Shown piece after piece: positions 49,302-61,952 of a stretch of 64,000 bases of DNA (position 1 is its first letter; each line of letters opens with the position of its first letter). The stretch lies in assembly GCA_028281635.1 (NCBI GenBank), contig JANQJM010000052.1, forward strand, positions 86 through 64,085, in the 5' to 3' direction. The notes under the pieces were generated by a model, which had not been told where the DNA came from, ran no database searches, and saw nothing but the letters and a program-made list of their open reading frames with translations. A program made the position numbers and the translations under genes. Source of the stretch: Pseudomonadales bacterium. GTDB lineage: Bacteria; Pseudomonadota; Gammaproteobacteria; Pseudomonadales; Pseudohongiellaceae.

Positions 49302-50990
49302 ATGGATCTAACGCGCTTTTCACTCTATATAGCTCTGGCCGCCGTTACCTATCTGTTACTGCTTGCCTGGCAGGAAGACTACCCACCAGTTGTTGACAGC
49401 GGCAACCCCGCCCCTCAATTAGAGTCCATACCCGATTCGACTCCTCAGGTTGCCACTGATTTACCAGCGAGCCTGCCCACGGCAATCTCTGCTGAACCTG
49501 GGTCTGCCTCGATCACAGCGCAGACGCAAGAGCCAGTGAGCTCTTCATCTCGCGTCATTACTGTCTCTACTGACACACTCGAGTTAGCAATAGACCTAAA
49601 TGGTGGTGATATCGTTGCTCTGGCGTTACCACAATATCTGAAACAATTAGATGTGCCAAATGACCCCTTTGTATTGTTGGAGTCAGGTCAGAATAGAAAC
49701 TATATCGCCCAAAGCGGATTAATTGGCCGTGATGGAATCGATTCCACACAACGTGCCCAATACAACACGGCACAGTCAAACTATTCTCTCGCTGCTAATG
49801 AAGAAACTCTGGATATCGATTTAACGACCACTAGTGCTACTGGTGTAAACATCACTAAGCGCTATCAGCTACATAGGGGAAGCTATCTGATTGATGTCAG
49901 CTTTATCGTCGACAACCAGACTGCTGCAGAGTTTCAGGGCAACCCATTCGGACAGATTAAACGAGACGGTTATGACGATCCCAGCTCAGTTGGTGGCTTT
50001 GGTCGCAGCTATCTCGGTTTCGTAACAACTTCCGCTGACGACCCTTACATACGAATAGATTTCGATGATGTTGACGATGCATCCCAATCATTCGACATGG
50101 AAGGTGGTTGGATAGGTTTCAGCCAACACTATTTTCTCTCGGCGTGGGTACCACCGGTTAACTCTATAAATCGTTATACAACCAGGAAAAATAGCATTAA
50201 TCAGTATTTTGGCGAATTTACCAGCACTGCATTTACTGTGCCGGCTGGTGAGTCAGCTAGTTGGTCGATGGCGTATTACGCGGGTCCTAAAGATCAATAT
50301 GTACTCGCTGAAGTAGCACCGAATCTGGACCTTACTATCGATTACGGTTTTCTCTGGTTTCTGGCCGCACCTATTTACTGGCTGCTTCGTCAAATTGACT
50401 CCTTCATCGGCAACTATGGTCTATCCATCATAATGCTGACTTTTGTTGTGAAGGCACTGTTCTACAAGTTGTCTGAAACACAATATAAGTCAATGGCAGG
50501 TATGCGCCGACTAATGCCCAAAATGCAGCAGTTAAAAGAAAGCTACGGCGATGACCGAATGAAACTTCAGCAAGCCACAATGGAGTTATATAAGAAGGAA
50601 AAGATAAATCCATTCGGTGGTTGCCTTCCTATGCTGGTTCAGATGCCAGTATTCATTGCCTTGTACTGGGTACTAATGGAAAGTGTCGAGTTAAGGCATG
50701 CACCTTTTGTTTTGTGGCTGGAGGATCTGTCAGTCAGAGATCCTTTCTTTATCTTGCCGCTCTTGATGGGCGCCACCATGTTTCTGCAAACGAGACTCAG
50801 TCCTGCACCAGCTGATCCAATGCAGGCAAAGGTAATGCAATTCATGCCGATCATGATGACTGTGCTGTTTCTGTGGTTTCCCGCTGGGCTGGTGTTGTAC
50901 TGGTTAACCAATGGGCTGCTTAGCATCCTGCAACAGTGGTATATCACTAGAAAAATAGAGGCAGCCTACGAAGCAAAGGCCTCTAAGTAG
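49302..50990 (+). CDS. yidC: Membrane protein insertase YidC
   Basis: 562 aa with a large periplasmic P1 domain and a conserved C-terminal 5-TM core (PFGGCLPMLVQMPVFIALY). Confidence 0.95.
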   Translation: MDLTRFSLYIALAAVTYLLLLAWQEDYPPVVDSGNPAPQLESIPDSTPQVATDLPASLPTAISAEPGSASITAQTQEPVSSSSRVITVSTDTLELAIDLNGGDIVALALPQYLKQLDVPNDPFVLLESGQNRNYIAQSGLIGRDGIDSTQRAQYNTAQSNYSLAANEETLDIDLTTTSATGVNITKRYQLHRGSYLIDVSFIVDNQTAAEFQGNPFGQIKRDGYDDPSSVGGFGRSYLGFVTTSADDPYIRIDFDDVDDASQSFDMEGGWIGFSQHYFLSAWVPPVNSINRYTTRKNSINQYFGEFTSTAFTVPAGESASWSMAYYAGPKDQYVLAEVAPNLDLTIDYGFLWFLAAPIYWLLRQIDSFIGNYGLSIIMLTFVVKALFYKLSETQYKSMAGMRRLMPKMQQLKESYGDDRMKLQQATMELYKKEKINPFGGCLPMLVQMPVFIALYWVLMESVELRHAPFVLWLEDLSVRDPFFILPLLMGATMFLQTRLSPAPADPMQAKVMQFMPIMMTVLFLWFPAGLVLYWLTNGLLSILQQWYITRKIEAAYEAKASK

Positions 50991-51063
50991 TTGCTTACAC
51001 AACCACTACCCCTCAACCGCTTCATGGATTCACCCCACTAAGCACCAACTAGAATAATCTGCG

Positions 51064-52476
51064 ATGGCTCAACTGGATACCGACACCATAAGCGCCATTG
51101 CCACCCCTCCAGGCAGAGGAGGTATTGGAATCATCAGGATATCCGGTCCTGCGGTATCTGAAATTGCCAAATCAATATGCAGTGGCTTGCCAGAGGCTCG
51201 CACCGCGACTGTTGCCAACTTTCTGAGTGAGGATGAAACCGTATTGGATTCAGGGATCGCTCTTTATTTTCCCGCCCCTAATTCTTTTACCGGTGAAGAC
51301 GTTCTTGAACTACAAGGGCATGGTGGCTATCAGGTAATTAATACACTGTTGCGACGCACACTGGAATGTGGCGCTCGTCTAGCTCGACCAGGTGAGTTTA
51401 CGGAACGAGCATTCTTGAATGACAAAGTGGATCTGTTGCAAGCCGAGGCAATTGCCGATCTGATAGATGCTGGTTCTGAGCAGGCTGTACGCAGCGCTAT
51501 GCGAACCTTGCAGGGCGTATTCTCAGCAAGAGTTGAAGAGTTAGTAAATCAACTTATCGCGATTCGGGTTAACGTGGAAGCAGCCATTGACTTTAGTGAT
51601 GAGGACATCGACGTTCTGGCCAACACCGGGGTCGCAGACGCTCTGGCAGACGCCAAGCAAGTGTTAGTCGCTATCTTCAAACAAGCCAACCAGGGAGCAC
51701 TGTTGCAGGAAGGAATTTCGGTCGTTATTGCGGGTGCACCAAATGCCGGGAAGTCCAGTTTGCTTAACGCGTTAGCTGGCAACGAATCGGCAATTGTGAC
51801 CGATATTCCTGGCACTACCCGCGATCTGCTGAAGGAACAGCTAAGCCTGGATGGCCTACCTGTTCACGTCACCGACACCGCTGGTCTTAGAGAGAGCGGA
51901 GACCAGGTTGAGTTGGAAGGTGTACGCAGAGCGAGAGAGGTAATCAGCCGTGCTGATCGAATCCTGTTGCTGATAGATGTAACTACCATCGATATAAATG
52001 ATAGTGATTTCTTGAACGACGCCCTCAAGCTATTGGCAAATGAACAGGATATCAATGCTTGGCTGAGTGAACACGCCGATCGTCTGTGTGTAGTTATTAA
52101 CAAGACTGATTTGATTGATGGCCTGGTTAACGGCCAGGCATCAACAATTTATCAAGAGCATACTCTGACAAGCTTCCACATCTCAGCCAAGCAGGGACAA
52201 GGGATTGATGCCATCAAATCTTATCTGCAGCGTAGCTGTGGCTTCGAAGCAATGGCCGAAGACGGGTTTATTGCCCGAGAAAGACACATCCAAGCCCTGA
52301 AGGAAGCCGAGAAATTGTTGCATAGTGCGCTTTCTGGGGTTGGTAAGCAATTACCTCTAGAGTTGGTTGCAGAAGACCTGAGGCTAGCTCAGCAGTCCCT
52401 GGGAACAATTACAGGACAGGTCAGCAGTGACGATTTACTAGGGGAAATATTCTCCAGCTTCTGCATTGGCAAATAA
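51064..52476 (+). CDS. mnmE: tRNA modification GTPase MnmE
   Basis: G-domain GAPNAGKSSLLN and DTAGLR, plus the C-terminal FCIGK motif. Confidence 0.95.
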   Translation: MAQLDTDTISAIATPPGRGGIGIIRISGPAVSEIAKSICSGLPEARTATVANFLSEDETVLDSGIALYFPAPNSFTGEDVLELQGHGGYQVINTLLRRTLECGARLARPGEFTERAFLNDKVDLLQAEAIADLIDAGSEQAVRSAMRTLQGVFSARVEELVNQLIAIRVNVEAAIDFSDEDIDVLANTGVADALADAKQVLVAIFKQANQGALLQEGISVVIAGAPNAGKSSLLNALAGNESAIVTDIPGTTRDLLKEQLSLDGLPVHVTDTAGLRESGDQVELEGVRRAREVISRADRILLLIDVTTIDINDSDFLNDALKLLANEQDINAWLSEHADRLCVVINKTDLIDGLVNGQASTIYQEHTLTSFHISAKQGQGIDAIKSYLQRSCGFEAMAEDGFIARERHIQALKEAEKLLHSALSGVGKQLPLELVAEDLRLAQQSLGTITGQVSSDDLLGEIFSSFCIGK

Positions 52477-52886
52477 TGGCTCACTGACTGGGCTAGTTTC
52501 CAGGCAATTTGGACATCATGTTGGCAAATACACACTAGTGACTGAATAGGCAGTGGATAACCAAGCACCAAAATGTGCATGAATCCAGATACTGAAGATC
52601 CATCGAATTCCATACACAGTTGGCCCCAAAGCTTTGCGCCTGTTTTCAAGAGCAAATTTGCTAACTTATCAGTACGCTAATGTATTGAGATTTAAAGAAA
52701 ATAGTTACTTTTCAACAGAAACTAAGAGGCCCTATAACAACAACATATATACCTTCTTCTACCTATACTAATTTATTTATTTATTCTTATTTAATGGAAT
52801 AAGCGCGTAGCTGATTGGGCCGATAAAGCATTCACTTTTCATTGCTAATCTATATACTGCTCGGCCCCTGAATCGGAATCTCTTCC

Positions 52887-54839
52887 ATGCAACTAGACAA
52901 GTATTTTGATGTGATCGTGGTAGGTGGTGGACACGCCGGCACTGAGGCTGCTTTGGCGTCGGCACGCCAGGGTGTCAGCACATTGCTTGTTACCCATAGC
53001 ATGGAAACTCTGGGACAGATGTCCTGCAATCCCGCCATCGGCGGCATTGGGAAAAGTCATTTGGTAAAGGAAATTGATGCGCTGGGTGGTGCCATGGCCA
53101 AGGCTATCGACCGAGCCGGCATTCAGTTCCGTGTTCTGAATGCGAGTAAAGGACCAGCAGTACGCGCAACCCGAGCCCAGGCTGATCGCGTTCTTTATAA
53201 GTCAGCTATTCGCGAAATCCTGGAGAGTCAGGAAAACCTCTCTTTGTTCCAGCAAGGAGTCGACGATCTCATTATCGAGAACGATAGTGTGCGTGGAGTG
53301 CGGACGCAGATGGGTTTGGACATTCGTGCCCGCAAGGTGGTTTTAACAACGGGTACATTCCTCGGTGGCAAGATTCATATCGGTCTGGCGAATAGCAGTG
53401 GTGGTCGTGCAGGTGATCAGCCGGCTATCGCTCTAGCAGAAAGACTGAGAGAGTTACCGTTCCGTGTTGAACGCCTTAAAACTGGAACACCACCTCGTGT
53501 GGATGCTCGTTCAGTAGACTTTAGTCAAATGCAAGAGCAGGCCGGCGATACCCCCTTACCAGTCATGTCATTTCTAGGTAAACGAAGTGATCATCCACCA
53601 CAGATTAAATGTTATATCACGGCCACCAATGAGAAGTGTCATGAAATTATTCGAAGTGGCCTGGATCGGTCTCCGATGTACACGGGGGTTATCGAAGGAA
53701 CCGGTCCACGTTATTGTCCATCGATTGAAGACAAGGTAATGCGCTTTGCTGATAAAGCTTCGCATCAAATCTTCGTAGAACCTGAAGGTTTAAACACCAA
53801 CGAACTTTATCCCAATGGTATTTCCACCAGTTTGCCTTTTGATGTGCAGAGTGAAATGGTGCGTCATATAGAAGGCTTTGAAAACGCACATATCACAAGG
53901 CCGGGCTACGCAATCGAATATGATTTCTTTGACCCGAGAGACTTGCACTATTCACTGGAAACACGTTTTGTAAAAGGCTTGTATTTTGCTGGTCAAATAA
54001 ACGGTACAACCGGGTATGAGGAAGCAGCAGCGCAAGGGCTGCTGGCAGGATTAAATGCAGCTCTGGCAGTGCGGGAAAGAGAAGCCTGGTGCCCACGGCG
54101 TGATCAAGCTTACATCGGTGTCCTGGTTGATGATCTTATTACCCTGGGCACTAATGAGCCTTATCGCATGTTTACCAGTAGAGCGGAATATCGATTAACG
54201 CTTAGAGAAGATAATGCTGACCTGCGGCTGACGGAAAAAGGGAGAGAGCTGGGTATCGTTGATGAGGAAAGATGGAGATTCTTCAACGATAAAAAAGAAA
54301 AGATAGAAACTGAATTGCAATGGTTGCGTTCGAAGTGGATTCAACCTGGAACAGACGAAGCTGCACGCATAAATCCCCTGCTGGAAAAACCAATCTCGCG
54401 TGACTACAGCCTGGCGGATTTATTGGCGCGACCAAAACTGCGCTATCAGGACCTTATGCGTTCATTAGAGACGAATACACCGAATGTTGCCGAGCTTAGT
54501 GGTTCTACCCACTCCAGCGAAAACGAAGATCTGGATGCAAGGATTCAATTGCAGGCAAGACAGCAGGCAGAGATCCAAATCAAGTATCAGGGCTACATTG
54601 ATCGGCAACAGGAAGAAATTGAGCGTCTCAAAAAGCAAGAAGATACCAAGTTACCTGCAGCGCTCGACTATGAGCAAATGCAGGGGCTGTCCAATGAACT
54701 CAAGCAGAAACTTATCGCAGCTCGACCGGAAAACATTGGTCGCGCTTCCCGCATACCTGGTATGACCCCGGCTGCCATCTCTTTGCTGTTAATTTACCTT
54801 AAGAAGCAACACAGCCAAGAGAATCGCAAAGCAAGTTAA
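52887..54839 (+). CDS. mnmG: tRNA uridine 5-carboxymethylaminomethyl modification enzyme MnmG (GidA)
   Basis: FAD motif [14 protein letters not shown]. 650 aa. Confidence 0.97.
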   Translation: MQLDKYFDVIVVGGGHAGTEAALASARQGVSTLLVTHSMETLGQMSCNPAIGGIGKSHLVKEIDALGGAMAKAIDRAGIQFRVLNASKGPAVRATRAQADRVLYKSAIREILESQENLSLFQQGVDDLIIENDSVRGVRTQMGLDIRARKVVLTTGTFLGGKIHIGLANSSGGRAGDQPAIALAERLRELPFRVERLKTGTPPRVDARSVDFSQMQEQAGDTPLPVMSFLGKRSDHPPQIKCYITATNEKCHEIIRSGLDRSPMYTGVIEGTGPRYCPSIEDKVMRFADKASHQIFVEPEGLNTNELYPNGISTSLPFDVQSEMVRHIEGFENAHITRPGYAIEYDFFDPRDLHYSLETRFVKGLYFAGQINGTTGYEEAAAQGLLAGLNAALAVREREAWCPRRDQAYIGVLVDDLITLGTNEPYRMFTSRAEYRLTLREDNADLRLTEKGRELGIVDEERWRFFNDKKEKIETELQWLRSKWIQPGTDEAARINPLLEKPISRDYSLADLLARPKLRYQDLMRSLETNTPNVAELSGSTHSSENEDLDARIQLQARQQAEIQIKYQGYIDRQQEEIERLKKQEDTKLPAALDYEQMQGLSNELKQKLIAARPENIGRASRIPGMTPAAISLLLIYLKKQHSQENRKAS

Positions 54840-54841
54840 AC

Positions 54842-55489
54842 TTGCAAGCTACCGCTGTGACTGATCAGCTGCGCCAAAAAATAGAGCAGGGTCTGCAAAC
54901 ACTCACACCGAGTTACAACAAGGAACAGATTGAAAAATTAGAAGAGTTTGTTCTGTTGCTGCAAAAATGGAATGGGAGCTACAACCTGGTTGCAGATAGT
55001 GCTGCAGATGTGATTTTGGGCAGGCACATCTTTGATAGTCTTAGCATTAGCCCATACATCACAGCAAACTGTGTACTCGATGCTGGAACCGGTGCAGGGT
55101 TCCCGGGCATACCCTTAGCCATTATTCACCCAGATACCGACTTCGTATTACTGGATAGCAATGGCAAGAAAACTCGTTTTCTTTTTCAGGTAAAATTGGC
55201 CTTGGAACTGGATAATGTCAGTGTCGAAAATTGTCGAATAGAGCACTATCAAAGTAATCGGCAAATTGATATCGTGACATGTCGAGCCTTTTCTTCGTTG
55301 CCAGATATGGTGGAGAAAACCGCCTCAATTCTGGCTCAGGGAAGTCGATTGTTGGCGATGAAGGGCCGGTGTCCAGAGTTGGAACTCAAGGCACTGACAT
55401 CTGATTATAAAATCACCAATATAGAGAAACTCGTCATACCGGGGGACAATGCGGAGAGGCATTTGATCCAGGTGGAGCGGGCAGTGTAA
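54842..55489 (+). CDS. rsmG: 16S rRNA m7G527 methyltransferase RsmG (GidB)
   Basis: SAM motif DAGTGAGFPGIPLAI. TTG start 2 nt after the mnmG stop. Confidence 0.9.
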   Translation: MQATAVTDQLRQKIEQGLQTLTPSYNKEQIEKLEEFVLLLQKWNGSYNLVADSAADVILGRHIFDSLSISPYITANCVLDAGTGAGFPGIPLAIIHPDTDFVLLDSNGKKTRFLFQVKLALELDNVSVENCRIEHYQSNRQIDIVTCRAFSSLPDMVEKTASILAQGSRLLAMKGRCPELELKALTSDYKITNIEKLVIPGDNAERHLIQVERAV

Positions 55490-55496
55490 TTAGAAT

Positions 55497-56342
55497 TTGT
55501 CATCAAGCGACGAGAACGCTGGCAAGAATTGGGCAAGTTACGGGAATGTCGTAGTGGGAAAAATCTTAGCAATCGCTAATCAGAAAGGTGGTGTTGGCAA
55601 AACTACTACCTCAGTAAATCTTGCCGCGTCGCTAACAGTCACCCGCAAGAATGTACTGCTAATTGACATGGATCCTCAGGGTAATGCCACCATGGGTTCA
55701 GGTGTGGATAAGTCAGCCCTGGACCTTTCCGTTTATGAATTACTCACCGAGCGCGCTGAAGTAGAGTCTGTGCTGGTTAGACCTGAAGACGCGGACTACG
55801 ACCTGCTGCCGTCCAATGGCGATCTCGTCGCGGCCGAGGTCGAGTTGATGAACGTTGAGAATCGAGAAGTCAGGCTGCGGATTATCGTAGAGTCACTTCG
55901 CGATAAATACGATTTCATCGTCATCGACTGCCCTCCCTCCTTAAACATGTTGACTATCAATGCACTGGTGGCAGCAGATGGAGTGGTGATACCAATGCAG
56001 TGCGAATACTACGCATTAGAAGGATTGTCCGCGTTAATGGACACCATTCGTGCAATTCAGGAACGCATCAACCCAGACCTGAAGATCGAAGGTATTTTGC
56101 GCACCATGTATGATCCTCGCAACAAGCTCACTTCCGAGGTGAATGGCCAACTATTTAACTATTTCGGGGATGCAGTCTATCGAACCGTAGTGCCGCGCAA
56201 TGTGCGATTGGCGGAAGCTCCGAGCTACGGAAAGCCAGTGATAAAGTACGATCGACAATCGAGAGGAGCGATAGCCTATTTGGCGCTAGCCGGTGAGCTA
56301 CTAAGGCGTCACGATGAGGCTGCAACAGCTCTAGGTCGATAA
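55497..56342 (+). CDS. parA: Chromosome partitioning ATPase ParA/Soj
   Basis: Deviant Walker A NQKGGVGKTT. The real start may be GTG 55554 (VGKILAIANQKGG) rather than TTG 55497. Confidence 0.9.
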   Translation: MSSSDENAGKNWASYGNVVVGKILAIANQKGGVGKTTTSVNLAASLTVTRKNVLLIDMDPQGNATMGSGVDKSALDLSVYELLTERAEVESVLVRPEDADYDLLPSNGDLVAAEVELMNVENREVRLRIIVESLRDKYDFIVIDCPPSLNMLTINALVAADGVVIPMQCEYYALEGLSALMDTIRAIQERINPDLKIEGILRTMYDPRNKLTSEVNGQLFNYFGDAVYRTVVPRNVRLAEAPSYGKPVIKYDRQSRGAIAYLALAGELLRRHDEAATALGR

Positions 56343-56387
56343 ATACCTAACACCAACAGGGTATGGGGTTAATAAGTACTAACTAAC

Positions 56388-57299
56388 ATGAGCGATAATA
56401 AGAAATTAGGCAAAGGGTTGGACGCGCTGCTGTCAACGGGTAGTACCCAGACTATGGCGAGTCTGCTGGGGGGGAAACCCAAAGACCCGGAAGCAAGCGA
56501 AAACCCGGCTGCCGAAGCCAAAGATGGTGATCTGAAGAATATCCCTATCGATCTCATTCAGCGCGGCAAATATCAACCCCGAACAGATATGCACCAGGAG
56601 GCTCTGGAAGAGCTGGCGGCTTCGATCAAGACTCAGGGCGTCATGCAACCGATCGTGGTTCGCCCGATCTCATCGGAAAAATTTGAAATCATTGCTGGTG
56701 AGCGGCGTTGGCGGGCAACGCAGATGGCAGGCCTGGATACTATCCCAGCCATTGTTAAGCCGGTTGGTGACGAAGCGGCGATTGCTATGTCGCTTATCGA
56801 AAATATCCAAAGGGAGAATTTGAATCCCATCGAAGAGGCGATGGCATTGAAGCGCCTGCAAGATGAATTCGAATTGACCCAGCAAGAAGTCGCGGACGCC
56901 GTCGGCAAGTCCCGTGTCACTGTTACGAATCTGATGCGCCTCATTGGACTGCATGTCGACGTGCGTCGCATGCTCGAGCACGGTGATCTGGAGATGGGTC
57001 ATGCCAGAGCGTTGCTCTCGCTGCGGGATCTGCAGCAACCGGAAACAGCACGCACCGTGGTCGGTCGCGGACTATCGGTTCGTCAGACCGAAGCACTCGT
57101 TCGACGTTTGGTGGCTGGATCTGACAGCAACAAGCAGAGCAAGGTTATTGACCCAGACATCAAAAATCTGGAAGAAAATCTGGCCGAGAAGCTGGGGGCC
57201 AAAGTCATGATTCAACATACCGCCAAAGGAAAGGGAAAACTGGTGGTGAAATACAATAGCCTGGACGAACTCGACGGCATTCTTTCCCATATCAACTAA
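56388..57299 (+). CDS. parB: Chromosome partitioning protein ParB/Spo0J
   Basis: ParB box IIAGERRWRAT and an HTH (LTQQEVADAVGKSRVTVTN). Confidence 0.9.
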   Translation: MSDNKKLGKGLDALLSTGSTQTMASLLGGKPKDPEASENPAAEAKDGDLKNIPIDLIQRGKYQPRTDMHQEALEELAASIKTQGVMQPIVVRPISSEKFEIIAGERRWRATQMAGLDTIPAIVKPVGDEAAIAMSLIENIQRENLNPIEEAMALKRLQDEFELTQQEVADAVGKSRVTVTNLMRLIGLHVDVRRMLEHGDLEMGHARALLSLRDLQQPETARTVVGRGLSVRQTEALVRRLVAGSDSNKQSKVIDPDIKNLEENLAEKLGAKVMIQHTAKGKGKLVVKYNSLDELDGILSHIN

Positions 57300-57402
57300 C
57301 AGAATTCAGGCTTTTTAACAGTCTGTTTTCTGCTGCTTTCCAATCTCCGGTAATACCCCCGAAAGCCCTGTATTTTCAGCCTATTCTGATACTCTGACGT
57401 AG

Positions 57403-57431
57403 TTGCGATACCCCCCTAAAGTCCCTATAAT
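57403..57431 (+). promoter_or_regulatory. Sigma70-type promoter for the atp operon
   Basis: TTGCGA, a 17-nt spacer, then TATAAT. It lies 137 nt upstream of the atpI start. Confidence 0.5.
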
Positions 57432-57567
57432 GCGCCTGCTTTTTTGGTGACCACCAATACAACAACAGGTGTTTGTTTTAGGTGTCGTTGGGGAATGGTC
57501 TTAATCGACTTGTATTGATTTTTAATCTTGCCGCTTGACCAGTAAGTCAGGTACATAAGTCTGATTT

Positions 57568-57963
57568 GTGACTAATCTTAGAACCCCGCCAGTCTATAAA
57601 GTGATCGTCGCTCAGTTGTTAGCGACAACCTTTATTGCAGCTGCCTCTCTGTTATTGTCAGGTACCATCGCAGCCTATTCGATTGTGGTGGGTGGGCTCA
57701 TTAGCGCTTTGCCTAACAGCTACTTCGCCTTGCAAGCTTTCAAGTATCAGGGAGCTCGCAACGCAGATAGAGTTGTGAAGAGTTTCATAAGAGGGGAGCT
57801 CGGCAAGATTGGCATTACCTTGGTGCTGTTTGCACTGAGTTTTACTCTGATTACGAATTTGCATGAACTTGCGCTGATACTTGGATTCATTGCAATCCAC
57901 TTCATTGGCGTAATGGTCTCGGCGTTTATAAATTACAGTCCAAGACCTAACCAGACTAATTAA
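57568..57963 (+). CDS. atpI: ATP synthase protein I
   Basis: 131-aa hydrophobic protein with a GTG start. It is the first gene of the atp operon. Confidence 0.7.
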   Translation: MTNLRTPPVYKVIVAQLLATTFIAAASLLLSGTIAAYSIVVGGLISALPNSYFALQAFKYQGARNADRVVKSFIRGELGKIGITLVLFALSFTLITNLHELALILGFIAIHFIGVMVSAFINYSPRPNQTN

Positions 57964-58029
57964 GATTTGAGAATTAGTCTCTATATAGAAACAAGACAAC
58001 TCGCGAGTTGTTTCCGAAAGAGGGTGTAA

Positions 58030-58899
<870 letters not shown>

Positions 58900-58928
58900 A
58901 CAAAAACCGTTTTTTAAACTACATCTGA

Positions 58929-59210
<282 letters not shown>

Positions 59211-59237
59211 GAGATTCCATAAAGCGGGAGTGATACC

Positions 59238-59708
59238 GTGAATATTAATGCAACTTTCCTCGGCCAAATGGTCGCTATGGCATTCTTTCTGTGGTTCTGC
59301 TCAAAGTATGTGTGGCCACCCTTTATGGCGATTATGGAAGAAAGAAAGAAGAAGATTGCTGATGGGCTTGAAGCAGCCACCAGGGCAGAAAAAGACCTGG
59401 AACTGGCTCAGGCTAAATCGACAGAGCAACTGAAAGAAGCGAAGTCCGAAGCGGCAGCTATTATTGATCAGGCTAACAAACGCGCAGCTCAAATTGTTGA
59501 TGAAGCAAAAGAGCAAGCTCGTGAAGAAGGCCAACGTATTATTGCTGGAGCGCAGGCTGAAATAGAGCAGGAAGTGAATCGAGCTAAAGAAGAATTGAGA
59601 AGCAAGGTGTCTGAAATTGCGATTGCCGGCGCTCAAAAAATTCTTGAAGGATCAGTGGATCAGGCTGCAAACGAAGACATGCTCAACAAACTTGCCTCGG
59701 AACTGTAA
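59238..59708 (+). CDS. atpF: F0F1 ATP synthase subunit b
   Basis: GTG start, one N-terminal TM segment and a long charged coiled coil. Confidence 0.9.
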   Translation: MNINATFLGQMVAMAFFLWFCSKYVWPPFMAIMEERKKKIADGLEAATRAEKDLELAQAKSTEQLKEAKSEAAAIIDQANKRAAQIVDEAKEQAREEGQRIIAGAQAEIEQEVNRAKEELRSKVSEIAIAGAQKILEGSVDQAANEDMLNKLASEL

Positions 59709-59720
59709 GCAAATCGATCA

Positions 59721-60257
59721 ATGGCAGAATTAATTACATTAGCACGCCCTTACGCGAAAGCAGCCTTTGAAGTTGCGCTTGAGGACAGTGCTCTCGACAA
59801 CTGGTCGAAGATGTTGGGAGTCGCTGCTGCAGTTACTTCGCAAGATGCAGTTCGTACATTACTCATCAACCCCGAACTCTCTACTGAGCAAGTCGCTACT
59901 TCGTTTATCGATGTGTGCAGTGAAGAGTTGGATAGCAAAGGGCAAAACTTCATTCGCTTGCTGGCTGAAAACAAGCGGTTGCAGCTACTACCCGAAGTTT
60001 CCGCTTTGTTTGAAAACCTGAAAGCCATTCAGGAAAAATCAGTTGATGTTGAGATAACGACAGCTTTCGAAATCAGTTCAGATGTCTCCGACAAGCTGGC
60101 ACAAGCTCTAAAATCTCGCTTACAGCGAGAAATCAACCTGGCAACAAATGTCGATGCCGACCTCATCGGAGGTGCGGTAATTCGAGCGGGCGACACAGTG
60201 ATCGATAGCTCTGTGCGCGGCAAGCTAACCAAATTGGCTGAATCATTGAATTCCTGA
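59721..60257 (+). CDS. atpH: F0F1 ATP synthase subunit delta
   Basis: 178 aa with N-terminus LARPYAKAAFEVA. The operon position fits atpH. Confidence 0.9.
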   Translation: MAELITLARPYAKAAFEVALEDSALDNWSKMLGVAAAVTSQDAVRTLLINPELSTEQVATSFIDVCSEELDSKGQNFIRLLAENKRLQLLPEVSALFENLKAIQEKSVDVEITTAFEISSDVSDKLAQALKSRLQREINLATNVDADLIGGAVIRAGDTVIDSSVRGKLTKLAESLNS

Positions 60258-60302
60258 TCTGGTCAGGCAAAAACCTGATTGGCGGGAGAATAGGAAACAA
60301 AG

Positions 60303-61847
60303 ATGCAACAACTGAATCCATCTGAAATCAGTGAAATTATTAAACAGCGCATCGACAATCTCGATGTCTCTGTGCAGGCAAAGAATGAAGGCACCATCGT
60401 TAGTGTCTCTGACGGCATCATCCGCATTCACGGTCTGGCCGATGTGATGTACGGAGAGATGATCGAATTCGAAGGTGGTCTTTATGGAATGGCATTGAAC
60501 CTCGAGCGTGACTCGGTCGGTGCTGTAGTACTCGGTGACTATCTGGGACTGAAGGAAGGTCAGAGCTGCAAATGTACTGGTCGAATTCTGGAAGTGCCTA
60601 TCGGCCCCGAGCTGGAAGGTCGTGTAGTCGATGCATTGGGCCGACCCATTGACGGTAAAGGTCCTGTCGAAGCGAAGGCAACGGATGCTATTGAAAAGGT
60701 CGCACCTGGCGTAATTGCTCGTCAATCCGTATCCCAGCCGGTACAAACCGGTCTGAAATCTATCGATGCCATGACCCCGATTGGACGTGGCCAGCGAGAG
60801 CTGATTATCGGTGACCGTGAGGTAGGGAAAACGGCGGTGGCCATCGACACCATCATCAACCAGAAAGGTAAAGACGTTAAGTGTGTCTACGTGGCTGTCG
60901 GCCAGAAAGCCTCTTCGATTGCCAACGTGGTACAGAAGCTGGAAGAGCATGGCGCCATGGATTACACCGTGGTGGTATCCGCATCCGCTTCCGATCCTGC
61001 CGCTATGCAGTTCATTGCACCTTACTCCGGTTGCACCATGGGCGAGTACTATCGCGATCGTGGTCAGGATGCCCTGATTATTTACGACGATCTTACCAAG
61101 CAAGCCTGGGCCTATCGTCAGATATCTTTGCTGCTGAGAAGACCCCCTGGCCGTGAAGCTTATCCCGGTGATGTTTTCTACTTACACTCACGCCTTCTGG
61201 AGCGTGCAGCGAGAGTGAACGCTAACTACGTTGAGCAGTTCACCAATGGTGAGGTGAAGGGTCAAACCGGTTCTCTGACGGCATTGCCAGTGATTGAGAC
61301 TCAGGCTGGTGATGTCTCCGCGTTCGTACCTACCAACGTGATTTCCATTACCGATGGTCAGATCTTCCTGGAAACCGACCTGTTCAACTCAGGTATCCGT
61401 CCGGCTATGAACCCAGGTATTTCAGTTTCTCGTGTGGGTGGGGCAGCACAAACCCAGATCATCAAGAAGCTGGGTGGTGGTATTCGTATCGCTCTGGCCC
61501 AGTATCGTGAACTGGCTGCTTTCGCGGCCTTTGCGTCTGATTTGGATGATGCAACACGTGCCCAGTTGGAACATGGGCAGCGTGTTACCGAACTGATGAA
61601 GCAGAAGCAGTACTCACCGCTACAGATTGCCGAGATGGGGCTTTCTATTTATGCGGCGAATGAGGGCTATCTGAAGGAAGTTGCTCTAAACAAGGTATTG
61701 GACTTTGAGGCATCTCTATTGTCTTTCGCCAACTCTGAATACGGTGATCTGTTGTCTCGAATTAACGAGACAGGTGACTGGGATGATGAGATTGAAGCGA
61801 AGTATAAGGAGATTATGGAGAAGTTTGTTTCTACGCAGACGTATTAA
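60303..61847 (+). CDS. atpA: F0F1 ATP synthase subunit alpha
   Basis: Walker A GDREVGKT. 514 aa. Confidence 0.98.
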   Translation: MQQLNPSEISEIIKQRIDNLDVSVQAKNEGTIVSVSDGIIRIHGLADVMYGEMIEFEGGLYGMALNLERDSVGAVVLGDYLGLKEGQSCKCTGRILEVPIGPELEGRVVDALGRPIDGKGPVEAKATDAIEKVAPGVIARQSVSQPVQTGLKSIDAMTPIGRGQRELIIGDREVGKTAVAIDTIINQKGKDVKCVYVAVGQKASSIANVVQKLEEHGAMDYTVVVSASASDPAAMQFIAPYSGCTMGEYYRDRGQDALIIYDDLTKQAWAYRQISLLLRRPPGREAYPGDVFYLHSRLLERAARVNANYVEQFTNGEVKGQTGSLTALPVIETQAGDVSAFVPTNVISITDGQIFLETDLFNSGIRPAMNPGISVSRVGGAAQTQIIKKLGGGIRIALAQYRELAAFAAFASDLDDATRAQLEHGQRVTELMKQKQYSPLQIAEMGLSIYAANEGYLKEVALNKVLDFEASLLSFANSEYGDLLSRINETGDWDDEIEAKYKEIMEKFVSTQTY

Positions 61848-61952
61848 GGGTCAGGAGTCCTTTTTTAGAATTAACCGTAGCGAGATCGCCATACAGTTCG
61901 TTTGAATATAGAGCATTAACACCCTAAAAGTTTACACAGGTATTAGATTACG

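Noticed and set aside
60243-61103. 286-aa ORF antisense to atpA
   Set aside because: It lies entirely inside the atpA reading frame, whose identity is clear. It has no SD, and its composition (Gly/Arg/His/Leu-rich) is typical of antisense frames of highly expressed genes.
61848-61952. The 105-bp atpA-atpG spacer is longer than expected
   Set aside because: I could find no stable hairpin, repeat or ORF in it. It is probably just a spacer with a weak SD.
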